NCBI GenBank assembly: GCA_051313645.2
Contig: JBNRSN020000028.1
Location: 15,004,001 to 15,068,000, forward strand
Length of the DNA stretch: 64,000 nucleotides
Direction: 5' to 3'
DNA from: Centroscyllium fabricii
Lineage: Eukaryota
Part shown: positions 38,001-51,100 of the stretch, piece after piece
Position numbering within the stretch: position 1 is the stretch's first letter
Layout: each line of letters opens with the position of its first letter
Translations under genes and position numbers: made by a program
The notes under the pieces: model-generated
What the model was told of the DNA's origin: nothing
What the model saw: the letters and a program-made list of their open reading frames with translations, nothing else
Database searches by the model: none

Positions 38001-39715
38001 AGTGTGTTGTCAGTGTGTCTTGTATTAGCAGGGGTCCGGGTTGAGGAGGGGACTGAGTTTGTTGTCAGTGTGTCTTGTATTAGCAGGAGTCCGTGTTGAG
38101 GAGGGGATTGAGTGTGTTGTCAGTGTGTCTTGTATTAGAGGAGTCCGTGGTGAGATGGGGATTGAGTGTGTTGTCACTGTGTCTTGTATTAGCAGGAGTC
38201 CGTGTTAAGGAGGGGATTGAGTGTGTTGCCAGTGGGTCTTGTATTAGCAGGGTCCGTGGTGAGGAGGCGATTGAGTGTGTTGGCAGTGTGTCTTGTATCA
38301 GCAGGTGTCCGTGGTGAGGAAGGGATTGAGTTTGTTGCCAGTGTGTCTTGTATCAGCAGGAGTCCGTGGTGAGGAGGGGATTGAGTGTGTTGTCAGTGTG
38401 TCTTGTATTAGCAGGAGTCCGTGGTGAGATGAGGATTGAGTGTGTTGCCAGTGGGTCTTGTATTAGCAGGGTACGTGGTGAGGAGGGGATTGAGTGTGTT
38501 GTCAGTGTGCCTTGTATCAGCAGGAGTCCGTGGTGAGGAGGGGATTGAGCGTGTTGTCAGTGTGTCTTGTATTAGCAGGAGTCCGTGTTGAGGAGGGGAT
38601 TGAGTTTGTTGCCAGTGTGTCTTGTATCAGCAGGAGTCCGTGGTGAGGAGGGGATTGAGTGTGTTGTCAGTGTGTCTTGTATTAGCAGGAGTCCGTGGTG
38701 AGATGTGGATTGAGTGTGTTGCCAGTGGGTCTTGTATTAGCAGGGTACGTGGTGAGGAGGGGATTGAGTGTGTTGGCAATGTGCCTTGTATCAGCAGGAG
38801 TCCGTGGTGAGGAGGGGATTGAGCGTGTTGTCAGTGTGTCTTGTATTAGCAGGAGTCCGTGGTGAGGAGGGGATTGAGCGTGTTGTCAGTGTGTCTTGTA
38901 TTAGCAGGAGTCCGTGGTAAGGAGGGGATTGAGTGTGCTGTCAGTGTGTCTTGTATTAGCAGGGGTCCGTGGTGAGGAGGGGATTGAGGGTGTTGTCAGT
39001 GTGTCTTGTATTAGCAGGAGTCCGTGGTGAGGAGGGGATTGAGTGTGTTGTCAGTGTGTCTTGTATTAGCAGGAGTCCGTGGTGAGGAGGAGATTGAGTG
39101 TGTTGTCAGTGTGTCTTTTATTAGCAGGGGTCCGTGTTGAGGAGGGGATTGAGTTTGTTGTCAGTGTGTCTTGTATTAGCAGGAGTCCGTGTTGAGGAGG
39201 GGATTGAGTGTGTTGTCAGTGTGTCTTGTATTAGAGGAGTCCGTGGTGAGATGGGGATTGAGTGTGTTGTCACTGTGACTTGTATTAGCAGGAGTCCGTG
39301 TTAAGGAGGGGATTGAGTGTGTTGCCAGTGGGTCTTGTATTAGCAGGATCCGTGGTGAGGAGGGGATTGAGTGTGTTGTCAGTGTGTCTTGTATCAACAG
39401 GTGTCCGTGGTGAGGAAGGGATTGAGTGTGTTGTCAGTGTGTCTTGTATCAGCAGGAGTCCGTGCTGAGGAGGGGATTGAGTGTGTTGTCAGTGTGTCTT
39501 GTATTAGCAGGAGTCCGTGGTGAGATGAGGATTGAGTGTGTTGCCAGTGGGTCTTGTATTAGCAGGGTACGTGGTGAGGAGGGGATTGAGTGTGTTGTCA
39601 GTGTGTCTTGTATTAGCAGAAGTCCGTGGTTAGGAGGGGATTGAGTGTGTTGTCAGTGTGTCTTGTATTAGCAGGGGTCCGTGGTGAGGAGGGGATTGTG
39701 TGTGTTGCCAGTGTG
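29074..39715 (+). repeat. 54/55-bp satellite array, segment 2
   Basis: Same monomer; resumes in phase after the TSD. Confidence 0.99.
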
Positions 39716-40472
39716 GGCAGAGTTAGGCCAATATCCACTACTATTTAAAATCCAAAAAAGAGCAATCAAATTCTGGAAACACCTAAAACTGAGCAACCCT
39801 CACAGTTATCACTACAAAGCCCTGAAATGCCAAGAAGCGAACATAAAAAGAAGTCCCATCAACCAACTAGTCCTAGGACTTAGCGAAGTAACTAACAACA
39901 CTACTGTTAACAACCAACTTAGCGGAAAAACCACTAACACTACTGGTAACAACCAGCCCCTGGACAGTGACGCCCTAGCACTCAGAATCCGACCCAACAC
40001 AATTATTACTCAACAAAAAGTAAAATACCTGAACTACTGGACAGAAACGACAAAAACCCAAAACAAACTAGATTGCTAGTTCGCCCTAAACAGACAGTAC
40101 ACCATGGCGGACTACCTGTCCATGGTGAAAGACAGCAAACTGAGAAAAACTCTGACAATGTACAGACTTTGCGAGCGCAGCCTAGCCATCGAAAAATGCA
40201 GACACAGAAAGACTTGGCTGCCCAGAGAGGAAAGGCTGTGCTCCCACTGCAGTCAGGGAGTGGTGGAGACAGAGCTGCACTTCCTCACAACTTGCGAAAA
40301 TTATCAGGGAATAAGGGGAAATTTCTTCCCAAAATTTGCAACAGCATGCCCTGAATTCAAAAATTTGACCGACCACCAGAAACTCCCATACCTACTAGGG
40401 GAACAGAGGGAATGTATAAAACTTGCGGCAAACTACGTCACAGCTTGCCATAAGCAGAGGGACAACCAGTGA
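39716..40472 (+). pseudogene. LINE ORF2 C-terminal remnant with in-frame stop
   Basis: Track ORFs 39681-40079 and 40104-40472 are in the same frame, separated by TAG at 40077-40079. The apparent N-terminus is satellite sequence. Confidence 0.85.
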
Positions 40473-40730
40473 CCATTGACATTGAAGCTAGGATGAGCAT
40501 ACAAGCTCTATATGCGGGTATAAATGTACATGTGTGCGTAACTAATGTACGGTTGTCAATAAGTCTACTAATGTATTATTCTATGTACTACGTCTACTAA
40601 TGTATTATTCTTATGTATGTTAAAATGTTTTACTAATGTAATATTCTTATGTATGTTGCACTGCTTTGGCAACAACGGTTGATGCCATTCATGACAATAA
40701 AGCCTTTTGAATAGTGAATAGTGAATAGTG
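39716..40730 (+). mobile_element. 5'-truncated non-LTR retrotransposon (LINE) 3' fragment, copy 1; clade tentatively RTE-X-like
   Basis: A-rich coding strand encoding AELGQYPL...YRLCERSLAIEKCRHRKTWLPREERLCSHCSQGVVETELHFLTTC (LINE ORF2 C-terminal Cys/His region), 3' UTR, AATAAA 40696-40701, tail (TGAATAG)3. Net 1015-bp insert relative to the empty paralogous site at ~30515. Clade assignment is from memory of motifs, not a search. Confidence 0.88.
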
Positions 40731-43700
40731 TCTTGTATCAGCAGGGTCCGTGGTGAGGAGGGGATTGACTGTGTTGTCAGTGTGTCTTGTATTAGCAGGA
40801 GTCCGTGGTGAGGAGGAGATTGAGTGTGTTGTCAGTGTGTCTTGTATTAGCAGGGGTCCGTGTTGAGGAGGCGATTGAGTTTGTTGTCAGCGTGTCTTGT
40901 ATTAGCCGGAGTCCGTGTTGAGGAGGGGATTGAGTGTGTTGTCAGTGTGTCTTGTATTAGAGGAGTCCGTGGTGAGATGGGGATTGAGTGTGTTGTCACT
41001 GTGTCTTGTATTAGCAGGAGTCCGTGTTAAGGAGGAAATTGAGTGTGTTGCCAGTGGATCTTGTATTAGCAGGCTCCGTGGTGAGGAGGGGATTGAGTGT
41101 GTTGTCAGTGTGTCTTGTATCAGCAGGTGTCCGTGGTGAGGAAGGGATTGAGTGTGTTGTCATTGTGGCTTGTAGTAGCAGGAGTCCGTGGTGAGGAGGG
41201 GATTGAGCGTGTTGTCAGTGTGTCTTGTATTAGCAGGAGTCCGTGTTGAGGAGGGGATTGAGTTTGTTGCCAGTGTGTCTTGTATCAGCAGGAGTCCGTG
41301 GTGAGGAGGGGATTGACTGTGTTGTCAGTGTGTCTTGTATTAGCAGGAGTCCGTGGTGAGATGAGGATTGAGTGTGTTGCCAGTGGGTCTTGTATTAGCA
41401 GGGTACGTGGTGAGTAGGGGATTGAGTGTGTTGTCAGTGTGTCTTGTATCAGCAGGAGTCCGTGGTGAGGAGGGGATTGAGCGTGTTGTCAGTGTGTCTT
41501 GTATTAGCAGGAGTCCGTGGTGAGGAGGGGATTGAGCGTGTTGTCAGTGTGTCTTGTATTAGCAGGAGTCCGTGGTAAGGAGGGGATTGAGTGTGCTGTC
41601 AGTGTGTCTTGTATTAGCAGGGGTCCGTGGTGATGATGGGATTGAGGGTGTTGTCAGTGTGTCTTGTATTAGCAGGAGTCCGTGGTGAGGAGGAGATTGA
41701 GTGTGTTGTCAGTGTGTCTTGTATTAGCAGGGGTCCGTGTTGAGGAGGGGATTGAGTTTGTTGTCAGTGTGTCTTGTATTAGCAGGAGTCCGTGTTGAGG
41801 AGGGGATTGAGTGTGTTGTCAGTGTGTCTTGTATTAGAGGAGTCCGTGGTGAGATGGGGATTGAGTGTGTTGTCACTGTGTCTTGTATTAGCAGGAGTCC
41901 GTGTTAAGGAGGGGATTGAGTGTGTTGCCAGTGGGTCTTGTATTAGCAGGGTCCGTGGTGGGGAGGGGATTGAGTGTGTTGTCAGTGTGTCTTGTGTCAG
42001 CAGGTGTCCGTGGTGAGGAAGGGATTGAGTGTGTTGTCAGTGTGACTTGTAGTAGCAGGAGTCCGTGGTGAGGAGGGGATTGAGCGTGTTGTCAGTGTGT
42101 CTTGTATTAGCAGGAGTCCGTGTTGAGGAGGGGTTTGAGTTTGTTGCCAGTGTGTCTTGTATCAGCAGGAGTCCGTGGTGAGGAGGGGATTGAGTGTGTT
42201 GTCAGTGTGTCTTGTATTAGCAGGAGTCCGTGGTGAGATGAGGATTGAGTGTGTTGCCAGTGGGTCTTGTATTAGCAGGGTACGTGGTGAGGAGGGGATT
42301 GAGTGTGTTGTCAGTGTGTCTTGTATCAGCAGGAGTCCGTGGTGAGGAGGGGATTGAGCGTGTTGTCACTGTGTCTTGTATTAGCAGGAGTCCGTGGTGA
42401 GGAGGGGATTGAGCGTGTTGTCAGTGTGTCTTGTATTAGCAGGAGTCCGTGGTAAGGAGGGGATTGAGTGTGCTGTCAGTGTGTCTTGTATTAGCAGGGG
42501 TCCGTAGTGAGGAGGGGATTGAGGGTGTTGTCAGTGTGTCTTGTATTAGCAGGAGTCCGTGGTGAGGAGGGGATTGAGTGTGTTGTCAGTGTGTCTTGTA
42601 TTAGCAGGAGTCCGTGGTGAGTAGGAGATTGAGTGTGTTGTCAGTGTGTCTTGTATTAGCAGGGGTCCGTGTTGAGGAGCGGATTGAGTTTGTTGTCAGT
42701 GTGTCTTGTATTAGCAGGAGTCCGTGTTGAGGAGTGGATTGAGTATGTTGTCAGTGTGTCTTGTATTAGAGGAGTCCGTGGTGAGATGGGGATTGAGTGT
42801 GTTGTCACTGTGTCTTGTATTAGCAGGAGTCCGTGTTAAGGAGGGGATTGAGTGTGTTGCCAGTGGGTCTTGTATTAGCAGGATCCGTGGTGAGGAGGGC
42901 ATTGAGTGTGTTGTCAGTGTGTCTTGTATCAACAGGTGTCCGTGGTGAGGAAGGGATTGAGTGTGTTGTCAGTGTGTCTTGTATCAGCAGGAGTCCGTGG
43001 TGAGGAGGGGATTGAGTGTGTTGTCAGTGTGTCTTGTATTAGCAGGAGTCCGTGGTGAGATGAGGATTGAGTGTGTTGCCAGTGGGTCTTGTATTAGCAG
43101 GAGTCCGTGGTGAGGAGGGGATTGAGTGTGTTGTCAGTGTGTCTTGTATTAGCAGGAGTCCGTGGTGAGGAGGCGATTGAGCGTGTTGTCAGTGTGTCTT
43201 GTATTAGCAGGAGTCCGTGGTTAGGAGGGGATTGAGTGTGTTGTCAGTCTGTCTTGTATTAGCAGGTGTCCGTGGTGAGGAGGGGATTGAGTGTGTTGTC
43301 AGTGTGTCTTCTATCAGCAGGAGTCCGTGGTGAGGAGGGGATTGAGTGTGTTGTCAGTGTGTCTTGTATTAGCAGGAGTCCGTGGTGAGATGAGGATTGA
43401 GTGTGTTGCCAGTGGGTCTTGTATTAGCAGGGTACGTGGTGAGGAGGGGATTGAGTGTGTTGTCAGTGTGTCTTGTATCAGCAGGAGTCCGTGGTGAGGA
43501 GGGGATTGAGCGTGTTGTCAGTGTGTCTTGTATTAGCAGGAGTCCGTGGTGATAAGGCGATTGAGCGTGTTGTCAGTGTGTCTTGTATTAGCAGGAGTCC
43601 GTGGTTAGGAGGGGATTGAGTGTGTTGTCAGTGTGTCTTGTATTAGCAGGAGTCCGTGGTGAGGAGGGGATTGAGTGTGTTGTCAGTGTGTCTTGTATCA

Positions 43701-44127
43701 GCAGGGTCCGTGGTGAGGAGGGGATTGACTGTGTTGTCAGTGTGTCTTGTATTAGCAGTAGTCCGTGGTGAGGAGGAGATTGAGCGTGTTGTCAGTGTGT
43801 CTTGTATTAGAGGAGTCCGTGGTGAGATGGGGATTGAGTGTGTTGTCACTGTGTCTTGTATTAGCAGGAGTCCGTGTTAAGGAGGGGATTGAGTGTGTTG
43901 CCAGTGGGTCTTGTATTAGCAGGCTCCGTGGTGAGGAGGGGATTGAGTGTGTTGTCAGTGTGTCTTGTAGTAGCAGGAGTCCGTGGTGAGGAGGGGATTG
44001 AGTGTGTTGTCAGTGTGTCTTGTATTAGCAGAAGTCCGTGGTTAGGAGGGGATTGAGTGTGTTGTCAGTGTGTCTTGTATTAGCAGGGGTCCGTGGTGAG
44101 GAGGGGATTGTGTGTGTTGCCAGTGTG
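40731..44127 (+). repeat. 54/55-bp satellite array, segment 3
   Basis: Same monomer. Confidence 0.99.
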
Positions 44128-45142
44128 GGCAGAGTTAGGCCAATATCCACTACTATTTAAAATCCAAAAAAGAGCAATCAAATTCTGGAAACACCTAAAA
44201 CTGAGCAACCCTCACAGTTATCACTACAAAGCCCTGAAATGCCAAGAAGCGAACATAAAAAGAAGTCCCATCAACCAACTAGTCCTAGGACTTAGCGAAG
44301 TAACTAACAACACTACTGTTAACAACCAACTTAGCGGAAAAACCACTAACACTACTGGTAACAACCAGCCCCTGGACAGTGACGCCCTAGCACTCAGAAT
44401 CCGACCCAACACAATTATTACTCAACAAAAAGTAAAATACCTGAACTACTGGACAGAAACGACAAAAACCCAAAACAAACTAGATTGCTAGTTCGCCCTA
44501 AACAGACAGTACACCATGGCGGACTACCTGTCCATGGTGAAAGACAGCAAACTGAGAAAAACTCTGACAATGTACAGACTTTGCGAGCGCAGCCTAGCCA
44601 TCGAAAAATGCAGACACAGAAAGACTTGGCTGCCCAGAGAGGAAAGGCTGTGCTCCCACTGCAGTCAGGGAGTGGTGGAGACAGAGCTGCACTTCCTCAC
44701 AACTTGCGAAAATTATCAGGGAATAAGGGGAAATTTCTTCCCAAAATTTGCAACAGCATGCCCTGAATTCAAAAATTTGACCGACCACCAGAAACTCCCA
44801 TACCTACTAGGGGAACAGAGGGAATGTATAAAACTTGCGGCAAACTACGTCACAGCTTGCCATAAGCAGAGGGACAACCAGTGACCATTGACATTGAAGC
44901 TAGGATGAGCATACAAGCTCTATATGCGGGTATAAATGTACATGTGTGCGTAACTAATGTACGGTTGTCAATAAGTCTACTAATGTATTATTCTATGTAC
45001 TACGTCTACTAATGTATTATTCTTATGTATGTTAAAATGTTTTACTAATGTAATATTCTTATGTATGTTGCACTGCTTTGGCAACAACGGTTGATGCCAT
45101 TCATGACAATAAAGCCTTTTGAATAGTGAATAGTGAATAGTG
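44128..45142 (+). mobile_element. 5'-truncated LINE 3' fragment, copy 2 (duplicate of copy 1)
   Basis: Same 5' junction (CCAGTGTG|GGCAGAG), same premature TAG, same tail and flanks as 39716-40730. Confidence 0.88.
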
Positions 45143-48100
45143 TCTTGTATCAGCAGGGTCCGTGGTGAGGAGGGGATTGACTGTGTTGTCAGTGTGTCTT
45201 GTATTAGCAGGAGTCCGTGGTGAGGAGGAGATTGAGTGTGTTGTCAGTGTGTCTTGTATTAGCAGGGGTCCGTGTTGAGGAGGCGATTGAGTTTGTTGTC
45301 AGCGTGTCTTGTATTAGCCGGAGTCCGTGTTGAGGAGGGGATTGAGTGTGTTGTCAGTGTGTCTTGTATTAGAGGAGTCCGTGGTGAGATGGGGATTGAG
45401 TGTGTTGTCACTGTGTCTTGTATTAGCAGGAGTCCGTGTTAAGGAGGAAATTGAGTGTGTTGCCAGTGGATCTTGTATTAGCAGGCTCCGTGGTGAGGAG
45501 GGGATTGAGTGTGTTGTCAGTGTGTCTTGTATCAGCAGGTGTCCGTGGTGAGGAAGGGATTGAGTGTGTTGTCATTGTGGCTTGTAGTAGCAGGAGTCCG
45601 TGGTGAGGAGGGGATTGAGCGTGTTGTCAGTGTGTCTTGTATTAGCAGGAGTCCGTGTTGAGGAGGGGATTGAGTTTGTTGCCAGTGTGTCTTGTATCAG
45701 CAGGAGTCCGTGGTGAGGAGGGGATTGACTGTGTTGTCAGTGTGTCTTGTATTAGCAGGAGTCCGTGGTGAGATGAGGATTGAGTGTGTTGCCAGTGGGT
45801 CTTGTATTAGCAGGGTACGTGGTGAGTAGGGGATTGAGTGTGTTGTCAGTGTGTCTTGTATCAGCAGGAGTCCGTGGTGAGGAGGGGATTGAGCGTGTTG
45901 TCAGTGTGTCTTGTATTAGCAGGAGTCCGTGGTGAGGAGGGGATTGAGCGTGTTGTCAGTGTGTCTTGTATTAGCAGGAGTCCGTGGTAAGGAGGGGATT
46001 GAGTGTGCTGTCAGTGTGTCTTGTATTAGCAGGGGTCCGTGGTGATGATGGGATTGAGGGTGTTGTCAGTGTGTCTTGTATTAGCAGGAGTCCGTGGTGA
46101 GGAGGAGATTGAGTGTGTTGTCAGTGTGTCTTGTATTAGCAGGGGTCCGTGTTGAGGAGGGGATTGAGTTTGTTGTCAGTGTGTCTTGTATTAGCAGGAG
46201 TCCGTGTTGAGGAGGGGATTGAGTGTGTTGTCAGTGTGTCTTGTATTAGAGGAGTCCGTGGTGAGATGGGGATTGAGTGTGTTGTCACTGTGTCTTGTAT
46301 TAGCAGGAGTCCGTGTTAAGGAGGGGATTGAGTGTGTTGCCAGTGGGTCTTGTATTAGCAGGGTCCGTGGTGGGGAGGGGATTGAGTGTGTTGTCAGTGT
46401 GTCTTGTGTCAGCAGGTGTCCGTGGTGAGGAAGGGATTGAGTGTGTTGTCAGTGTGACTTGTAGTAGCAGGAGTCCGTGGTGAGGAGGGGATTGAGCGTG
46501 TTGTCAGTGTGTCTTGTATTAGCAGGAGTCCGTGTTGAGGAGGGGTTTGAGTTTGTTGCCAGTGTGTCTTGTATCAGCAGGAGTCCGTGGTGAGGAGGGG
46601 ATTGAGTGTGTTGTCAGTGTGTCTTGTATTAGCAGGAGTCCGTGGTGAGATGAGGATTGAGTGTGTTGCCAGTGGGTCTTGTATTAGCAGGGTACGTGGT
46701 GAGGAGGGGATTGAGTGTGTTGTCAGTGTGTCTTGTATCAGCAGGAGTCCGTGGTGAGGAGGGGATTGAGCGTGTTGTCACTGTGTCTTGTATTAGCAGG
46801 AGTCCGTGGTGAGGAGGGGATTGAGCGTGTTGTCAGTGTGTCTTGTATTAGCAGGAGTCCGTGGTAAGGAGGGGATTGAGTGTGCTGTCAGTGTGTCTTG
46901 TATTAGCAGGGGTCCGTAGTGAGGAGGGGATTGAGGGTGTTGTCAGTGTGTCTTGTATTAGCAGGAGTCCGTGGTGAGGAGGGGATTGAGTGTGTTGTCA
47001 GTGTGTCTTGTATTAGCAGGAGTCCGTGGTGAGTAGGAGATTGAGTGTGTTGTCAGTGTGTCTTGTATTAGCAGGGGTCCGTGTTGAGGAGCGGATTGAG
47101 TTTGTTGTCAGTGTGTCTTGTATTAGCAGGAGTCCGTGTTGAGGAGTGGATTGAGTATGTTGTCAGTGTGTCTTGTATTAGAGGAGTCCGTGGTGAGATG
47201 GGGATTGAGTGTGTTGTCACTGTGTCTTGTATTAGCAGGAGTCCGTGTTAAGGAGGGGATTGAGTGTGTTGCCAGTGGGTCTTGTATTAGCAGGATCCGT
47301 GGTGAGGAGGGCATTGAGTGTGTTGTCAGTGTGTCTTGTATCAACAGGTGTCCGTGGTGAGGAAGGGATTGAGTGTGTTGTCAGTGTGTCTTGTATCAGC
47401 AGGAGTCCGTGGTGAGGAGGGGATTGAGTGTGTTGTCAGTGTGTCTTGTATTAGCAGGAGTCCGTGGTGAGATGAGGATTGAGTGTGTTGCCAGTGGGTC
47501 TTGTATTAGCAGGAGTCCGTGGTGAGGAGGGGATTGAGTGTGTTGTCAGTGTGTCTTGTATTAGCAGGAGTCCGTGGTGAGGAGGCGATTGAGCGTGTTG
47601 TCAGTGTGTCTTGTATTAGCAGGAGTCCGTGGTTAGGAGGGGATTGAGTGTGTTGTCAGTCTGTCTTGTATTAGCAGGTGTCCGTGGTGAGGAGGGGATT
47701 GAGTGTGTTGTCAGTGTGTCTTCTATCAGCAGGAGTCCGTGGTGAGGAGGGGATTGAGTGTGTTGTCAGTGTGTCTTGTATTAGCAGGAGTCCGTGGTGA
47801 GATGAGGATTGAGTGTGTTGCCAGTGGGTCTTGTATTAGCAGGGTACGTGGTGAGGAGGGGATTGAGTGTGTTGTCAGTGTGTCTTGTATCAGCAGGAGT
47901 CCGTGGTGAGGAGGGGATTGAGCGTGTTGTCAGTGTGTCTTGTATTAGCAGGAGTCCGTGGTGATAAGGCGATTGAGCGTGTTGTCAGTGTGTCTTGTAT
48001 TAGCAGGAGTCCGTGGTTAGGAGGGGATTGAGTGTGTTGTCAGTGTGTCTTGTATTAGCAGGAGTCCGTGGTGAGGAGGGGATTGAGTGTGTTGTCAGTG

Positions 48101-51100
48101 TGTCTTGTATCAGCAGGGTCCGTGGTGAGGAGGGGATTGACTGTGTTGTCAGTGTGTCTTGTATTAGCAGTAGTCCGTGGTGAGGAGGAGATTGAGCGTG
48201 TTGTCAGTGTGTCTTGTATTAGAGGAGTCCGTGGTGAGATGGGGATTGAGTGTGTTGTCACTGTGTCTTGTATTAGCAGGAGTCCGTGTTAAGGAGGGGA
48301 TTGAGTGTGTTGCCAGTGGGTCTTGTATTAGCAGGCTCCGTGGTGAGGAGGGGATTGAGTGTGTTGTCAGTGTGTCTTGTAGTAGCAGGAGTCCGTGGTG
48401 AGGAGGGGATTAAGCGTGTTGTCAGTGTGTCTTGTATTAGAAGGAGTCCGTGTTGAGGAGGGGATTGAGTTTGTTGCCAGTGTGTCTTGTATCAGCAGGA
48501 GTCCGTGGTGAGGAGGGGATTGACTGTGTTGTCAGTGTGTCTTGAATTAGCAGGAGTCCGTGGTGAGATGAGGATTGAGTGTGTTGCCAGTGGGTCTTGT
48601 ATTAGCAGGGTACGTGGAGAGGAGGGGATTGAGTGTGTTGTCAGTGTGTCTTCTATCAGCAGGTGTCCGTGGTGAGGAGGGGATTGAGCGTGTTGTCAGT
48701 GTGTCTTGTATTAGCAGGAGTCCGTGGTGAGGAGGGGATTGAGTGTGTTGTCAGTGTGTCTTGTATTAGCAGGAGTCCGTGGTGGGGAGGAGATTGAGTG
48801 TGTTGTCAGTGTGTCTTGTATCAGCAGGAGTCCGTGGTGAGGAGGGGACTGAGTGTGTTGTCAGTGTGTCTTGTATTAGCAGGAGTCCGTGGTGAGATGA
48901 GGATTGAGTGTGTTGCCAGTGGGTCTTGTATTAGCAGGGTACGTGGTGAGGAGGGGATTGAGTGTGTTGTCAGTGTGTCTTGTATCAGCAGGAGTCCGTG
49001 GTGAGGAGGGGATTGAGCGTGTTGTCAGTGTGTCTTGTATTAGCAGGAGTCCGTGGTGAGGAGGCGATTGAGCGTGTTGTCAGTGTGTCTTGTATTAGCA
49101 GGAGTCCGTGGTGAGGAGGGGATTGAGTGTGTTGTCAGTGTGTCTTGTATCAGCAGGAGTCCGTGGTGAGGAGGGGATTGAGTGTGTTGTCAGTGTGTCT
49201 TGTATCAGCAGGAGTCCGTGGTGAGGAGGGGATTGAGTGTGTTGTCAGTGTGTCTTGTATTAGCAGGAGTCCGTGGTGAGATGAGGATTGAGTGTGTTGC
49301 CAGTGGGTCTTGTATTAGCAGGGTACGTGGTGAGGAGGGGATTGAGTGTGTTGTCAGTGTGTCTTGTATCAGCAGGAGTCCGTGGTGAGGAGGGGATTGA
49401 GCGTGTTGTCAGTGTGTCTTGTATTAGCAGGATTCCGTGGTGAGGAGGCGATTGAGCGTGTTGTCAGTGTGTCTTGTATTAGCAGGAGTCCGTGGCGAGG
49501 AGGGGATAAAGTGTGTTGTCAGTGTGTCTTGTATTAGCAGGAGTCCGTGGTTAGGAGGGGATTGAGTGTGTTGTCAGTGTGTCTTGTATTAGCAGGGGTC
49601 CGTGGTGAGGAGGGGATTGAGTGTGTTGCCAGTGGGTCTTGTATTAGCAGGGGTCCGTGGTGAGGAGGGGATTGAGCGTGTTGTCAGTGTGTCTTGTATT
49701 AGCAGGAGTCCGTGGTGAGGAGGGGATCGAGTGTGTTGTCAGTGTGTCTTGTATTAGCAGGGGTCCGTGGTGAGGAGAGGATTGAGTGTGTTGTCAGAGT
49801 GTCTTCTATTAGCAGGAGACCGTGGTGAGCAGGGGATTGAGTGTGTTGTCAGTGTGTCTTGTATCAGCAGGGTCCGTGGTGAGGAGGGGATTGAGTGTGT
49901 TGTCAGTGTGTCTTGTATTAGTAGGGGTCCGTGGTGAGGAGGTGATTGAGTGTGTTGTCAGTGTGCCTTGTATTAGCAGGGTCCGTGGTGAGATGAGGAT
50001 TGAGTGTGTTGCCAGTGGGTCTTGTATTAGCAGGAGTCCGTGGTGAGGAGGGGATTGAGTGTGTTGTCAGTGTGTCTTGTATTAGCAGGAGTCCGTGGTG
50101 AGGAGGCGATTGAGCGTGTTGTCAGTGTGTCTTGTATTAGCAGGAGTCCGTGGTTAGGAGGGGATTGAGTGTGTTGTCAGTCTGTCTTGTATTAGCAGGT
50201 GTCCGTGGTGAGGAGGGGATTGAGTGTGTTGTCAGTGTGTCTTCTATCAGCAGGAGTCCGTGGTGAGGAGGGGATTGAGTGTGTTGTCAGTGTGTCTTGT
50301 ATTAGCAGGAGTCCGTGGTGAGATGAGGATTGAGTGTGTTGCCAGTGGGTCTTGTATTAGCAGGGTACGTGGTGAGGAGGGGATTGAGTGTGTTGTCAGT
50401 GTGTCTTGTATCAGCAGGAGTCCGTGGTGAGGAGGGGATTGAGCGTGTTGTCAGTGTGTCTTGTATTAGCAGGAGTCCGTGGTGATAAGGCGATTGAGCG
50501 TGTTGTCAGTGTGTCTTGTATTAGCAGGAGTCCGTGGTTAGGAGGGGATTGAGTGTGTTGTCAGTGTGTCTTGTATTAGCAGGAGTCCGTGGTGAGGAGG
50601 GGATTGAGTGTGTTGTCAGTGTGTCTTGTATCAGCAGGGTCCGTGGTGAGGAGGGGATTGACTGTGTTGTCAGTGTGTCTTGTATTAGCAGTAGTCCGTG
50701 GTGAGGAGGAGATTGAGCGTGTTGTCAGTGTGTCTTGTATTAGAGGAGTCCGTGGTGAGATGGGGATTGAGTGTGTTGTCACTGTGTCTTGTATTAGCAG
50801 GAGTCCGTGTTAAGGAGGGGATTGAGTGTGTTGCCAGTGGGTCTTGTATTAGCAGGCTCCGTGGTGAGGAGGGGATTGAGTGTGTTGTCAGTGTGTCTTG
50901 TAGTAGCAGGAGTCCGTGGTGAGGAGGGGATTAAGCGTGTTGTCAGTGTGTCTTGTATTAGAAGGAGTCCGTGTTGAGGAGGGGATTGAGTTTGTTGCCA
51001 GTGTGTCTTGTATCAGCAGGAGTCCGTGGTGAGGAGGGGATTGACTGTGTTGTCAGTGTGTCTTGAATTAGCAGGAGTCCGTGGTGAGATGAGGATTGAG

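Larger units (their letters stand above)
39570..48393 (+). repeat. Tandem duplication, period 4412 bp (39570-43981 / 43982-48393), including the LINE fragment
   Basis: ORF-track entries repeat at +4412 (39681/44093, 42724/47136, 43656/48068). Breakpoint falls within an identical stretch at ~43982-43999. Confidence 0.92.

Noticed and set aside
44128-45142. Independent site-specific LINE insertion at the same satellite position
   Set aside because: Identical truncation point, stop codon and multi-kb flanks show segmental duplication instead.
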